DNA of 64,000 nucleotides from Saccostrea cucullata (lineage: Eukaryota), in NCBI RefSeq assembly GCF_032062105.1, contig NW_026931427.1:1-64000 (forward strand). The letters run 5' to 3'. A program made the translations under genes and the position numbers. Every line of letters starts with the position of its first letter. The stretch's first letter is position 1. Shown in pieces: positions 37,322-50,995 of the stretch. The notes beneath the pieces were generated by a model, which was not told the origin of the DNA, did no database searches, and saw only the letters and a list, made by a program, of their open reading frames with translations.

Positions 37322-39181
37322 TCAAACAGATCAGTCACGATTTTGTCAAAAATCCTATTGTCATATCCACACAATTGCTTATTGGCAGCATCATGTTGTA
37401 AAATTTGAATTTCGCGGGTGGCAGTAAATACAAAATTTACAACATGACGACTCTGACACCCGGTGAATTCAAAATTTTCAACATGACAGCAAGCTAAACT
37501 GGTATTGTTTTTCTATTGTCATTTCGTTGGTGAGCTTAAATAATTCTATGAACACTTAAACGTTTTCTTGAGAATGAAAAGAAAAAAAATTATAATTTTA
37601 AGAATTTTATCTTAAGAATTATCTTTTAACACATATACCCAGACAAACCATGACTGAAAGGCTTGATTATAAACATTTTAGGAACATTCATGAAATATAA
37701 AAAAAATATACGAATACACAAAATAATAATATAGATCACATATATCTACAAGTTTATATACATGTATGTGGTTTGAGTTAGTTCATCTTCTTTCATACAC
37801 ACGAATTTCATTGTTAAGTTTATACAGTTTTTCCTCAAAGGACAAAATAGGGTAACGACCGAATCTGTCCCCTTATCAGATGTAAAAAATTAGAACGCTG
37901 GTAAAATTGTGATAGTTTGTAGTTAAGAAGTTAAAATAATGTTTACTCTAAAACAAACAATATTTTAGATTCAAAGCTTACATTGAAGCCACAATAGGGT
38001 GCAGTAGGACCTTTTCCTGAATTTCTCAATTCTCGTGAAATTTTATCATATCTAAAAAAAACTTTTCTTCGGAAAACACAGAGAACAGGCTTGCATACCT
38101 AAGATTTTTACTCTTGTACCATAGTTGGGTGTGATTTCTTTTGTTAAAAGTGTGGGTTTTCTGTACATAACCCACACTTTTCTATAACTCCGCCTATCGA
38201 GTCGGGACAAAAGAACTGTTTATAAAACGATCATGCACGGTTTTTAAATGAAAAAATCATACGGGCTTGTTATACCAAATTTAGGAGAGTAAAAAGGAGC
38301 CTGTAAAAATTTTCAATTGTATACAGCATTTAGTAATAAATAACAGTTAAAAACGACAATTAATACTTTAACTATAGTTAAAAATGAAGTAAAAAACTTC
38401 AGAATTCGCTTGATTTTTTAAACATATTTTTGAATAGTGTAATGACCAGGGTGACGTTAGCTTAGTAAAAAAATACATTTTTCAACAATCAGGAAAAAAT
38501 CAAAATTTTACTTTCCAAAATGTTTTCAAATACTTTTATGTGTTTTGAAAAGGACAAGATAGGGTAATACCCTTATTTGGCCCCCGGTTTGGGATGTCTT
38601 TCAGAATAATCCAACATATTATCCATAAAAAACTGTTATCACCCATGCCTTAAAATTAGTATTGGTTTTAAAATTTGAATATACAGATGTCACAGAGAGA
38701 TCAAGAAATATGTAAATTTACAGCACATTTTGTTTCGGAAAAACATAGAGCACAAACTTGCATATCTATCAAATTTATATATTTTATACCCTAGTATCAG
38801 ATGCAGTTTATGTAGTAGTTACCCCATATCATACTGTTGGTTAAGTGTAGATTCCCGACGGGCGTGGTCATAATGACACGAGGGAGCGTAATATGTTGGA
38901 TTATTCTGAAAGACACCCCAAACCGGGGGCCATATAAGAGTATTACCCTATCTTGTCCTTTTTAAAACACATAAAAGTAAAATTTTGATTTTTTACTGAT
39001 TGTTGAAAAATGTATTTCTTTAATAAGAGTAATAATTGTGTCTTCTGTGGAAGAGCCAAGTAAAACAGTACATAAATCAAATTTTATGATTTTTCAAGAT
39101 CATGGCACCTGATACCACCTTCGATGTTTTGAAGGTCCGTGGAGCTCCTATTTTGTAATGTTTTATGGAGTTTTTATCTTA
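37322..39181 (+). repeat. Left arm of a large inverted repeat
   Basis: Reverse complement of 40235-41895 with scattered SNPs and a few indels. Confidence 0.95.
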
Positions 39182-40234
39182 AACACTATTCCTTATCTTC
39201 ATATGTTCATTATCTTCATCATCTTGCTGACAAAGAGAACATGACTCATTTCCTCTAATTTTAGACAAAATAGTACTTGTTTGTACAAAGAATTTTCGCA
39301 TATGACTCTAAATTTAACCACAAAGCCTCGAGTCTTTTGTAAATGAATAATATTTTTGTGAATCATTTTCCTGTTAAATTCTTAATGTAACTGCTTTTTA
39401 TTTTAGTCCAATTTGATTCACATTTCGGTGAGGAATATATACAAAGAGACAAATATGTATCTTAAATTGTTTTGGAACCTTTTTTGATTTTGTTCAGAAT
39501 TTCTACAAGTTTTGACAGAATAGGTCTTGTGACAGAATTAATGCATGCATGTACATCTATAATATTAAACAAAAAATGCTAAACAGATTTTTTCATTACT
39601 TCCTGTAAAGTTAGAAAAAAGACCCTTAAGGTACATTCTTTAAAAAGATTTCTATTATCATCAAATAAATCGCCAACTATAATTAATCCCTAGGCCTTTT
39701 TTATACATGTACAATGGTCTTGAAAAAAGATAATTATTTTGAACCATTATTTTAATGTTATAACACTGGGATTCCAACAACATATTTCTTTAGTTCATGT
39801 AATAATTTATTTAGCTGAAAATACATAGAGCTTTTTTTCAAAAAAAAAAAAATCTATTTGGACATGGACACAGTTTCAGCTAAAATTTTCAAATTTATAT
39901 CTTTGTTTTTTATGTTTACAAATATCTATAAAAGATATTTCTAATGATCATCATCAATAATTTGAATTTCAGTCGAGAAACAATACAGATTTAGACATTC
40001 AAATCTTTGTAATATAAACAGAGCCTGTGTAATGCTTTTGTTTAAAAAGGTTTGGTATACTAATATATGTTTATTCAAAGCAATTTTTTTCAAAGGAAGT
40101 TAATTCTAAATACAATTAGAAAGTTTCTAGTAATTTATTTTTATAAATATGATATTCTCTTTATGTAAACAAAAACAATGCATAACGCTACATTAATAAG
40201 AATTTAAGTTCTGTATTAAAATATTTGCTGATCA

Positions 40235-41895
40235 TAAGATCAAAAGTCCATAAAACATTACAAAATAGGAGCTCCACGGACCTTCAAAACATCGAAGGTG
40301 GTATCAGGTGCCATGATCTTGAAAAATAATAAAATTTGATTTATGTACTGTTTTACTTGGCTCTTCCACACAATTATTACTCTTATTAAAGAAATACATT
40401 TTTCAACAATCAGTAAAAAATCAAAATTTTACTTTTATGTGTTTTAAAAAGGACAAGATAGGGTAATACCCTTATATGGCCCCCGGTTTGGGGTGTCTTT
40501 CAGAATAATCCAACATATTACGCTCCCTCGTGTCATTATGACCACGCCCATCGGGTATCTACACTTAACCAACAGTATGATATGGGGTAACTACTACATA
40601 AACTGCATCTGATACTAGGGTATAAAATATATAAATTTGATAGATATGCAAGTTTGTGCTCTATGTTTTTCCGAAACAAAATGTGCTGTAAATTTACATA
40701 TTTCTTGATCTCTCTGTGACATCTGTATATTCAAATCTTATAACCAATACTAATTTTATGGCATGGGTGATAACAGTTTTTTATGGATAATATGTTGGAT
40801 TATTCTGAAAGACATCCCAAACCGGGGGCCAAATAAGGGTATTACCCTATCTTGTCCTTTTCAAAACACATAAAAGTATTTGATAACATTTTGGAAAGTA
40901 AAATTTAATTTTTTCCTGATTGTTGAAAATTTTTACAGGCTCCTTTTTACTCTCCTAAATTTGGTATAACAAGCCCGTATGATTGTTTCATTTAAGAACC
41001 GTGCATGATCGTTTTATAAACAGTTCTTTTGTCCCGACTCGATAGGCGGAGCTATAGAAAAGTGTGGGTTATGTACAGAAAACCCACACTTTTAACAAAA
41101 GAAATCACACCCAACTATGGTACAAGAGTAAAAATCTTAGGTATGCTAGCTTGTTCTCTGTGTTTTCCGAAGTAAATTTTTTTTAAATATAATAAAATCT
41201 CACGAGAATTGAGAAAATTCAGGAAAAGGTCCTACTGCACCCTATTGTGGCTTCAATGTAAGCTTTGAATCTAAAATAGAGTTTGTTTTAGAGTAAACTT
41301 TATTTTAACTTCTTAACTACAAACTATCACAATTTTACCAGCGTTCTAATTTTTTACATCTAATAAGGGGACAGATTCGGTCGTTACCCTATTTTGTCCT
41401 TTGAGGAAAAACTGTATAAACTTAACAATGAAATTCGTGTGTATGAAAGAAGATGAACTAACTCAAACCACATACATGTATATAAACTTGTAGATATATG
41501 TGATCTATATTATTATTTTGTGTATTCGTATTTTTTTTTGTATTTCATGAATGTTCCTAAAATATTTATAATCAAGCCTTTCAGTCATGGTTTGTCTGTG
41601 TATATGTGTTAAAAGATAATTCTTAAGATAAAATTCTTAACATTATAATTTTTTTTTTCATTCTCAAGAAAACGTTTAAATGATCATAGAATTATTTAAG
41701 CTCACCAACGAAATGTACAATAGAAAAACAATACCAGTTTAGCTTGCTGTCATGTTGAAAATTTTGAATTCACCGGGTGTCAGAGTCGTCATGTTGTAAA
41801 TTTTGCATTTACTGCCACCCACATGATGCTGCCAATAAGCAATTGTGTGGATATGACAATAGGATTTTTGACAAAATCGTGACTGATCTGTTTGA
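40235..41895 (-). repeat. Right arm of a large inverted repeat
   Basis: As above; lacks ~170 bp present at ~38318-38486. Confidence 0.95.
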
Positions 41896-41923
41896 ATCTT
41901 CATAATTTTGACACATTAACATT

Positions 41924-42245
41924 TGTCGACCGGTCACACCCGCCGCCGTGTGCTCATTGTCATGATCGAGAAAAAAAATCCATAGCCAATGCAGTGCCTT
42001 TGTTATTTGAAAAACGTCAGTCAGTATTTGATTTAATTAAAGGTTGTATTTTGCTGATAGTCACTGCATCGACTATAAAACTCGCTAAATGAGACTTAAA
42101 ACGAAAATGCAGATATTATTTTTTTTTTCATTTAGTTGTTTGTCAATAACTTGTCTTGTTTTAGGAATTTTTGCATGTTCCTGTGTATCGAAACAACTGA
42201 GAGACATAAACCCCGTGTGCAGATGATAAGGGTTTATTGTTTCGA
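41924..42245 (-). mobile_element. Penelope-like element RT C-terminal/3' fragment
   Basis: Minus strand encodes SSAHGVYVSQLFR (PLE PAYGVYISQLIRY-type motif) and ends in ggcgggtgtgaccggtcgac. Confidence 0.7.
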
Positions 42246-42619
42246 CTCTCTATAATGTGTCGTCTATTTCAAGTTCACTGGGATATATATCGACTCGGCC
42301 TATGAATGGAATTAATTATTGCTAATATCAAAATATCGATTTGAGGGCTACACCCTACAGCAAATGTTTTTTTTTCTTCTCGTGTAGAATTTTTTGAATA
42401 AATTTTGCTTCATATGAAAAAAATCTGCCAATAACGGGGCACAATTTGTACCCAAGGGAAATCAAACGATTGTTAGAAGACCTGATATCCCCAAACTATA
42501 TAGGTACATGTATAAACAATCAAACACTCAAGCATCTTATTAATATCAATCAGAATGTTTTTTTACAAAGATTGCAAATTTTTCATGAGAAGGAAAGTAT
42601 ATTTAGTAATTAACGAGTT

Positions 42620-42975
42620 TCATACGGTAAAATATTGACAAGCAAGTTGATAAAACAAGAATATCAGCAGTCTCTTTTTAAGTTATCAGTTCGTAAGTTC
42701 TATGGTCGATACAATGTCCTCTCAACAAATACAATTTATCATTGAGTCAAATGCTGACTGACGTTTTTCATACCAATTGTTAGTTCATTATTAATACACT
42801 GAATTGACGACGGATTTTTTCGTTATTTCTTGATCATGACAAGGAGTACACGGTGGGTGTGATGGCTCCTGATCCCACCTCTGATGTTTCAGAGGTCCGT
42901 GTTTGCTCTGCTCTTATTTTGTATTGTTTTATGGACTTTGAGATTGAGTACTGTTCGTTATTTCCATATCCTTAT
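42620..42975 (+). mobile_element. Penelope-like element RT C-terminus and 3' UTR
   Basis: GKILTSKLIKQEYQQS..RKFYGRYN..LSQMLTDVFHTNC*, followed by the shared 3' tail. Confidence 0.75.
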
Positions 42976-43399
42976 TCTAAAAGTTCCTTCATAAGTTTAT
43001 AAGCATCCAAATTTGATATACACCGCTTCCCAAATATACTATTGTAAAGTACTCCTGAAATTTCTCTACTTTGATACAGTTATATTTAATGAAGAGTGAA
43101 GATAGAGGCTTGGTGAAGCATGTACTGGAACTCGTAAGTATATACCTTTGTAAGGATTTTATGGAGTTTTTGAAATCCAGTCTAGGAATGATAATTCAAA
43201 TTCATATTCATTGTTTGGATATTCATATTAGAAATATTTAAAATTGACTAATGGCTTTGAAGAATTTCCTCCCGGGAAAGGGAGCTGTGGGTTTAAGTTT
43301 GATCACCACTTGCAGAATAAAATCTTAGTTCCTCTAAAATACAATTAAATACTAGTAATGAGCCTTACAAAGACATTTAGTACGATAAAATTGTTATAC

Positions 43400-44048
43400 A
43401 AAGAGAAATCAAAGGTGGAGGTATTGTCATTTTATATAGGAATACACTACCTTTCAAATTGTCTGTAGTAGGTATTATCTTTGATAGTATCGTATGGTTA
43501 AAACTATGTACCGTAAATCGATGCGGCAAAATTTTTTTTTATATTTAGCATTTTGTTATATACCATCAAATAACAGTTTTTTACGATTCACTTGACATTG
43601 ATCTGTTTCAAATATTAGAAGAATCTTACTGTAAATACAAAGATAGTGAGAATGTTGACATTTTTGGAGATTTTAACACTAGAACAGGTGAATGCATCGA
43701 TTACATTGCTAACGATAAATTACCTCATGATATACTTAACGAGAATACCCTGCTGGTTTATGAAGAAGATTTTGATCTGAATTTTCCAAAAGGAAAAATA
43801 CTGATAAGATATACAATATATTTGGTAGTAGACTGATTGATGTATGTAAGTCTACAGGCCAGAACATTTTCAATGGTAGAATTCCTAATGATGAACATGG
43901 AGGTTTTACATTTTATGAAACAAATGGAAGTAGTTTGATAGATTATTTATTATGTGATTAAAATAATATAGATAAAATTACTGACTTTTCAAGCAGTACT
44001 TTTACACCTTTCTCCGATCACTCATCCGTATCGTTCAGAATTACAGTT
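43400..44048 (+). pseudogene. LINE apurinic-like endonuclease domain (RTE-X/CR1-like)
   Basis: GGGIVILYR, CYIPS, GDFNTRTG, FTFYETNGSSLIDY, FSDH motifs. Confidence 0.85.
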
Positions 44049-44072
44049 AAAGGTAGCATAGATGGTGTCTTC

Positions 44073-44640
44073 TACCTATTCCCACTTTCTAAAAATCTCA
44101 ATTTCACCTATTCCCACTTGCAAATAACATTAGATGTTTAGATAGTTCATTTGTTTTTACAGTAACTATACTAATTACACCAACTCTTTAGATTTACTTG
44201 TATTTTGTACATTTTAAGACAGAAAAAAATGAATACATCTATGAGAAAATATGATTTATTTCGGATTTTTGAAATAATATAAAAGTCTTATAAGAAAAAG
44301 CAACTTAATATCTTAATTTTAAGAACATACAATAGATAGGATTATTGAAAAAAAACATTCAAATAGGAGGATTTTAGAATGAATATTTTAACGGAGAAAA
44401 AATATAATTTAATTTTATTAAAATCAATTTTTTACTTTCAAATATTAGTAAAAAGTCTCATTTATAACCAAACAAAGCAAAAATACATATCCTCTATTCC
44501 AGTTGATGTTCATTAATCATTGTTTGTACAGTAATCATATGTTTTCATAGTTAATTATTTGTTTACTCAAAAATTCCACCTATTCCCACGTCAAATATTA
44601 CCTTTTTCTACCTTTCAAAAAGTGGGAATAGGTAGAATGA
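44073..44640. mobile_element. Inverted-repeat-bounded insertion
   Basis: TTCTACCTATTCCCACTTT at the left and AAAGTGGGAATAGGTAGAA at the right, with internal CACCTATTCCCAC copies. Confidence 0.65.
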
Positions 44641-44701
44641 ACCGCATAAATACCGATGAGAATGACACACAATGTAAACAAAATGCGGGCAGGGCAGCGT
44701 G

Positions 44702-45226
44702 TAGTCCGAAATATCTGACGTTTTCCTGGCTTTTTTACGATTTTGATATTTTACATGCCAGGAAAACGTCAGAACCGGCGCCATTACGAAAACTGGAAAT
44801 TTCGCCGTTTTCAAACGGAGTTCATTTTTACACTTGCGTACCGAACTAAATGCCGAAATTAGAAATCAATAGAACAATGCCTCTAATACTCACCAATATC
44901 GATGAAAAGAAAATATCACTCCACACTCGTTCCAGTACTTGCAAGATTTTAAAATGCACGAAATGAAGATAAATCTCGATTGTATTATTTTATAACTGAA
45001 CAATAAAAACGATATTGGTAAGTACTAAAAGTATTATACTATTGATAACATGTGACTTTGAAATTTAATTCGATACGCAAGCATTTAAAATCAACTCGAG
45101 AATGCCGCCTCCAGTTGGAGGCGGCGATTTCCCAGTTTTCGTAATGGCGCCGGTTCTGACGTTTTCCTGGCATGTAAAATATCAAAATCATAAAAAGGCT
45201 AGGAAAACGTCAGATATTTCGGACTA
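44702..45226. mobile_element. MITE, ~100-bp TIR, TAG...CTA ends, 9-bp TSD (AcademH- or MULE-like)
   Basis: TSD GGCAGCGTG at 44693-44701 and 45227-45235. Confidence 0.9.
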
Positions 45227-45529
45227 GGCAGCGTGTAAATCAGTCAAGTGGAAAGACGAAAACAGTAAATTGATATTTGATAAAATGGTAGAGAGCTATG
45301 ATATTCTTTTTTTTTAATTTATTGTTTTTCCATGTTTTTACAAAAAGAAAAAGTAGAGAGAGAGAGAGAGAGATCAATTGATTAATTCTTCCAATACTTC
45401 CAGGCCTCATCAAATTTTTCTTGTTCATTGTTTTTCTTTGCAATTATCTTATTAGTGTCATATAATATTTTTATGTAGGACATCAACCCAGAGAAACAGT
45501 ATTGTTGGCACATCTCATACTCTAAATAA

Positions 45530-48500
45530 AATACTTAATTTGTAGAGCAATAAGAGTTTTTACTTTGTCTGACTTCACATGTGATCCCAATATAAAATAT
45601 TTCTTTGAATATGTAATATATTTATGAATTCTGCTAAAACATAGAGTTGAAAAGGCTTCTAATAAGCCTTGCTTTACTTCACATTTCCCAAAAAATATGT
45701 TCAATAGTTTGAATTTCTTTTGTACAGAAAGTACAGATATGAGTATCATCTTTTTTAATTTTATGTAGAAATAAATTTGTAGCAAGGATTTTATGATTTA
45801 TTCGGAACTGAAACCATTGAAGTTTTGTATTTTGGGTGAGCTTAAATGGGAGAGAGAAAATATTTTCCCATTCAGCATCACTCAAATCGAAGCTACGGTT
45901 CATCCAATTTTTCCTAAAGGTTCTTCTTGATTACTTTTAAAGATTTCATACAATTTTCTTTATTTTTTGTCATTTAAAATGTAGAACAGTTTTTGAGATA
46001 TATATGAGTAACTAAACTTTGATAAGGGCTTCTTTATTTTTAAATCCATTCTCTAAGAACTGCCAAGACTGCATTATATTCAAGAAAATGAACTTTCATA
46101 TTATATGTTTTATTAAAAGCAATTAAGTTCATAAAGGAGCCATCTTCATTCAATAAATCATTAACACAATAAATGTTATTCTCAAACCATTTTCTATAAA
46201 AAAAAAAAAGGTTTTCTGTCTATTATGAATTTAGTGTTGTAAAAAAGTGGTTGTATAGATACAATATATGTTGAATCTGAGTTTTTTTCTGAAACATATG
46301 CCCATGATTCCAACACATCTTTCCAAAACAAATTTTTAATAAGTTTCAGCTCTCGTTTTACATATTCTCTACCACATATTGTTAATTCTTTAGGTCACCT
46401 GAGTTAACTCAGGTGACCTATTGCTATCTGTTTTTGTCCGTCGTCGTCGTGCGGTGTGCGTCGTGCGTCGTTCGTCGTGTGTTAACATTTGAACATTTTT
46501 AGCTTCTTCTCTGCAACCACTCAACCAATTTCACCCAAATTTGGTATAAAGTATCTATGGGTAAAGGGGAACTAAATACACAGTTATGATGAGCAAGAAT
46601 GCCTCTTTCAAAATTGTGAAGTTTATGGCCCCAGGGTCAGGGATTCTGGTGTTAGGGCGGGGCTCTATTGATTATATAGTGAAAATACATTACATCTTTG
46701 AAAATCTTCTTCTCTGCTCCTGGGTATCAATTAAACTAAGTAAGTACATAGTTATAATGAGCAAGAATGTCTCTTCAAAAATTGTGAATTTTATGGCCCC
46801 AGGGTCAGGGGTTCTGGTGCTAGGGCAGGGCTCTATTCATTATATAATGAGAATACATTACATCTTTGAAAATCTTCTCTGCTCCTGGGTATTAAATAAA
46901 CTAACTAAATACATAGTTATGATGAGCAAGAATGCCTTTTTCAAAATTGTGAATTTTTTTGCCCCATGGTCAGGGCCGGGGATGTAAGGTTAGGGCGGTT
47001 CTCTATGGATTATATAGTGAACATATTTTACATCTTTGAAAATCTTCCTCTCTGCTCCTGGGTAAATAAACTAACTAAGTACATGATGAGCAAGAATGCC
47101 TCTTTCAAAATTGTGAATTTTATGGCCCCAGGGTCAGGGGATCTGGTGCTAGGGTGGGGCTCTATTGATAATATAGTGAAAATACGTTACGTCTTTGAAA
47201 ATCTTCTTCTGTGCTCATTGAAATTAAGCAGATGAATATCTATATAGCCTAATGATGAGCAAGGGCCATTCTTTCTGAATTGTGAATTTCAAGGCCCCTG
47301 GGTCAGGGGTAACAAAGGTGGGGGGGGGTCTTCTTATATATTGAAAATGAATTAAGTGATTGAACCTGCTCCTTGGTATTAATCAAACATTTTTGATAAG
47401 CAAGGATGTATTTTCACAAAATTGTGAAATGCGTGGACCAAGGGTCAGGGGTTTTTGTATGGTAGTAGCACTACTGATTAGTAGAAATGCATTTTTTTTT
47501 TGTTCTCCTACTCTGTCTATGGGTATTAAGTAACCAAAGTAAGCATGCTAAGTGTATAGTTATGATAAGCAATGGTGCATTGTGAATGCCATGACATCTA
47601 CTTTAAAACATGAACCAAATTCAATCGCTGGAAAGTTGTTGCATGATGCTCAGGTGACCTATATAAGGCCCATGGGCCTCTTGTTTCATCTCTAAGTCTA
47701 AATGTGAGTGTATATTGCTCTTTTGCATCACAATTTTCTTCACCCACGTTAGTTTTAAAGACATAATAAATTCCTTGATGCTAACCATTTTTATACCACC
47801 GTCTTTGTATTTTTTATGTATATTAATTTTTTCACTCTAATTATTTTTCCCATAAAAAAAGTAAAAAATTAAAAGTGTTTTTCTAATTCCGTTAACTGAG
47901 CTTTAGAAGGGTTCGGAAGTGAAGCAATAATGTGCTTAAATTGTGGTAGAAGAGTGGTTTTCAACACTGTTAAACGCCCTAGTGGGGTGAGATTTCTGCG
48001 ATTCCAGTTAATCATTGTTTTTTTTTTAATTTTTAAATTTTTTTTGTAAGTTTAAATCAACAATTTTCTGTAAATCAACATCGAAATCAATACAAAGTAA
48101 TATAAAAGTGCTTTTTCCCCATTCTAAATCTTCACCTACATCCAAGATGTGGTTGCTATGTTTCATACTTCCTATCCATATGACTTGTGTTTTACTGTAA
48201 TTGATGTGAAGTCCTGATATTTGAGCAAAATACTTCAAAGTTTTTAAACTTAATTGTAGAGACTGTGCACTACCATCCAATATAAGGGATGCATCATCTG
48301 CTAACATAGTTATCTTAAATTCTTTATCTAATACCTCGATTCCTTTTTTATTTTTGTTATTCCTTATGAAAATTGCTAATATTTCAGCACAGATAAAAAA
48401 TGAATAGGGGGATAGTGGATCACCTTGGCGACACCCGCGGTGTAAGAAGAAGGTTTCAAAAATATGTCCACCTTGATTAACTGCTGCTGTAATATTTGTG

Positions 48501-48818
48501 TAAAATAATTTTACCCACTTCTGAATAGAGTTACCAAATTTAAAAAAATTGGAGTGACTTTTGGATGAATGACCAGGATATTGAATCAAAAGCTTTCTCA
48601 AAGTCAATCAGAAGAAGCAGCCCTGGGATATTTTCCTCTTCTGTACATTGCATAATATCATAGATGGTTCGGATATATTTTCTGATATATTTCTACCTTT
48701 TATAAAACCTGTTTGATCAGAATGAATTATTTTGTCTAAATGTTTTTTAATTCTATTTGCAATTATACCAGATGCTATTTTATATACTGTATTCAATAAA
48801 GAAATTGGTCTCCAGTTT
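45530..48818 (-). pseudogene. L1/Tx1-clade LINE ORF2 (RT and C-terminal zinc finger), 5'-truncated and frameshifted
   Basis: NWRPISLLNTVYK, DQTGFIKGR, GCRQGDPLSPY, ADD, CTFC...TIEHIFWE. Confidence 0.9.
46390..47685 (+). mobile_element. Non-autonomous Helentron (HINE) carrying a ~166-bp satellite array
   Basis: 5' AGGTCACCTGAG with adjacent inverted copy, (GTC)n-like microsatellite, 6-7 tandem units, 3' CTCAGGTGACCT plus palindrome AGGCCCATGGGCCT, T-rich insertion site. Confidence 0.9.
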
Positions 48819-48829
48819 TTTTTTTTTGA

Positions 48830-50995
48830 GAGAACTATGATATTCTAAGTAATATCGTGGACGTTGTAATTCATGAGGGATGTTAATAAATGTGTAGATC
48901 AATTATGCGAAACAATAAATAGGCAGATATTAACTTATTGTGAAGTTAGGGAAATTGATAGCCTTGAAACTCCAGTATTTAGATCAAAGCATCCTAAAAG
49001 ACATAGAGATGATAAACCATGGATTACAAATGAATGTAAAGATTTATATAAAAAATATATGCTTAGTTCACAAAAATAAATATCTATAAGAAAACAGAAG
49101 GGAAACTGATATGCGAGTACAAACGGTATGAGGAATATGCTTGATTACTTGAGAAAACATAATACAAAACATTTTCATTCCCTTTTTAAGAAGAAAATTA
49201 AACGCATACATACTTCTCTGTCCAATGAAGACTTTTTGAACCATTTTAAAGATCTAGTATCTTCAACTAATGCTGAATACGCCAGTTTCAAGATTGTAAC
49301 TCTCCTGCGATAAAGATGCAAAAAGTATCCATTTTAGCATGGAGGTGGGACAGTTTGCTTATGTATACAGACGTGCATAAATAAATGAACGATGTCTATG
49401 GCTTTTAAAATTTATTTAATGTTATAGAAAGATAAAGATGTTAATCAGTGATGCATTTTATGATTTTATCAAGCTCAACTGTGTATATTTATAAATCTAC
49501 TTTCAATTATAGGTACTTAAAAACGAAATAAACGTCGTGGTCTTCATAAAAGAAAAAGATTTTCTTGATTGTACAAACATTCTCTTAAAAGTTAGTGGGT
49601 TTTTTAAAGTTATAATAAGGTAAAAAATCAATGTGTCATTTAGATTGCCGATATGTAATGATCAGATTCATGTTTACGGTATTTATTAGAGGTCCATATA
49701 TATCTCTTCCATCGTCTGAAAAGTCTCACATCCACAGAACGTTCTTTTTTGTGCCGATTTTTTTGCTTTAAAAAATGACACCTTTACTTTAATTCGGTTG
49801 TCCTTGAGTTGAACAGAGCATAGTTACGATAAACCAGTATATCACTGATGCGATATATCCAATAATAAATATCTGTCCCACCTGTTTGTTTACGTGGCAA
49901 CCAAACTCCCCTCCTCAACGAAAGAGCGTACCAAAGGAGATAATCTCAAAACTTGCGTATTAGATAATGATAGCAATTTCGGTATGTATACATCTTATGA
50001 GGAATTAGACCAAGTAATCAGTGAGAAGGAAATTGAAGATGCAATAGGGAAAGTTAAGCATAATAAAAGCTGTGGTGAGGATTATATGCTAAATGAGGTT
50101 TTTTATTAATTGCATAACAATTCTAATATCACTTTTACATAAACTATTCAATTATATTTTTGAAAGTGGGTGCTATCCTGAATCCTGGTCAAAGGGGTTT
50201 ATTGTCCCAGTGTACAAAAAGGGGATGTTAATGATACAAATAATTACAGAGGAATAACTATTTTGAGCTGTTTCGGAAAATTATTTACTACAATTCTTAA
50301 TAAAAGAATTTTAGATTGGGAGAAAAATTATGGTATTTTGTCTGATGCAGAATTTGGTTTTAGAAAAGGGTTGTCAACTGTTGACGCAATATTTGTGTTA
50401 AAATCACTTGTTAACAAATACTTGAGCAAGAAAAAGCGTTTATACTGCTGTTTTATCGATTATCAAAAAGCTTTTGACTCTATAGATAGAATCAAACTGT
50501 GGTGAAAAATATTTAATATTGGTATTCAAGGGAAAATGTTTAAAATAATAAAAGCATTGTATCAAAGTTTAAAATGCTGTGTAAAATACAATGACGTATT
50601 TAGTGAATATTTTACTAGTAATACCAGACTAATGCAAGGTGAAACATTCTCCCCTTTATTGTTTTCATTATACGTGAATGATTTTGAGATGCAATTTATT
50701 AAAGAAAATTGTCAATGTATAGATGTACAAGTAATAAGTTTGTTTCTTCTTATGTATGCAGATGATATGGTGATTATGTCTGAAAGCCCAGAGGGTTTAC
50801 AACAAATGCTGAATTCAAGATGTAATTATACTACTATGTGGAATCTTAAAGTTAATATTCGAAAGACAAAAATAATTATTTTCAGAAATGGTGGTAAGAT
50901 AAGAATGAAAAATGGACGTATGGGAACGATAAAGTTGATATTGTTGACGATTTTAATTATCTTGGAATGCTATTTAATTATAACGGAAAATTTTT
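48830..50995 (+). pseudogene. LINE reverse transcriptase (RTE-X/CR1-like); continuation of the 43400 element
   Basis: KPWITNEC, NYRGITILSCFGKLF, FIDYQKAFD, QGETFSPLLF, YADD, with stops and frameshifts. Confidence 0.92.
49280..49928. mobile_element. TA-flanked insertion interrupting the LINE
   Basis: ta|CGC...GCG|ta; LINE-like coding stops at STNAEY and resumes after the insertion. Confidence 0.6.

Noticed and set aside
46586-47235. 133-aa and 89-aa repetitive ORFs
   Set aside because: Read-through of HINE satellite units.
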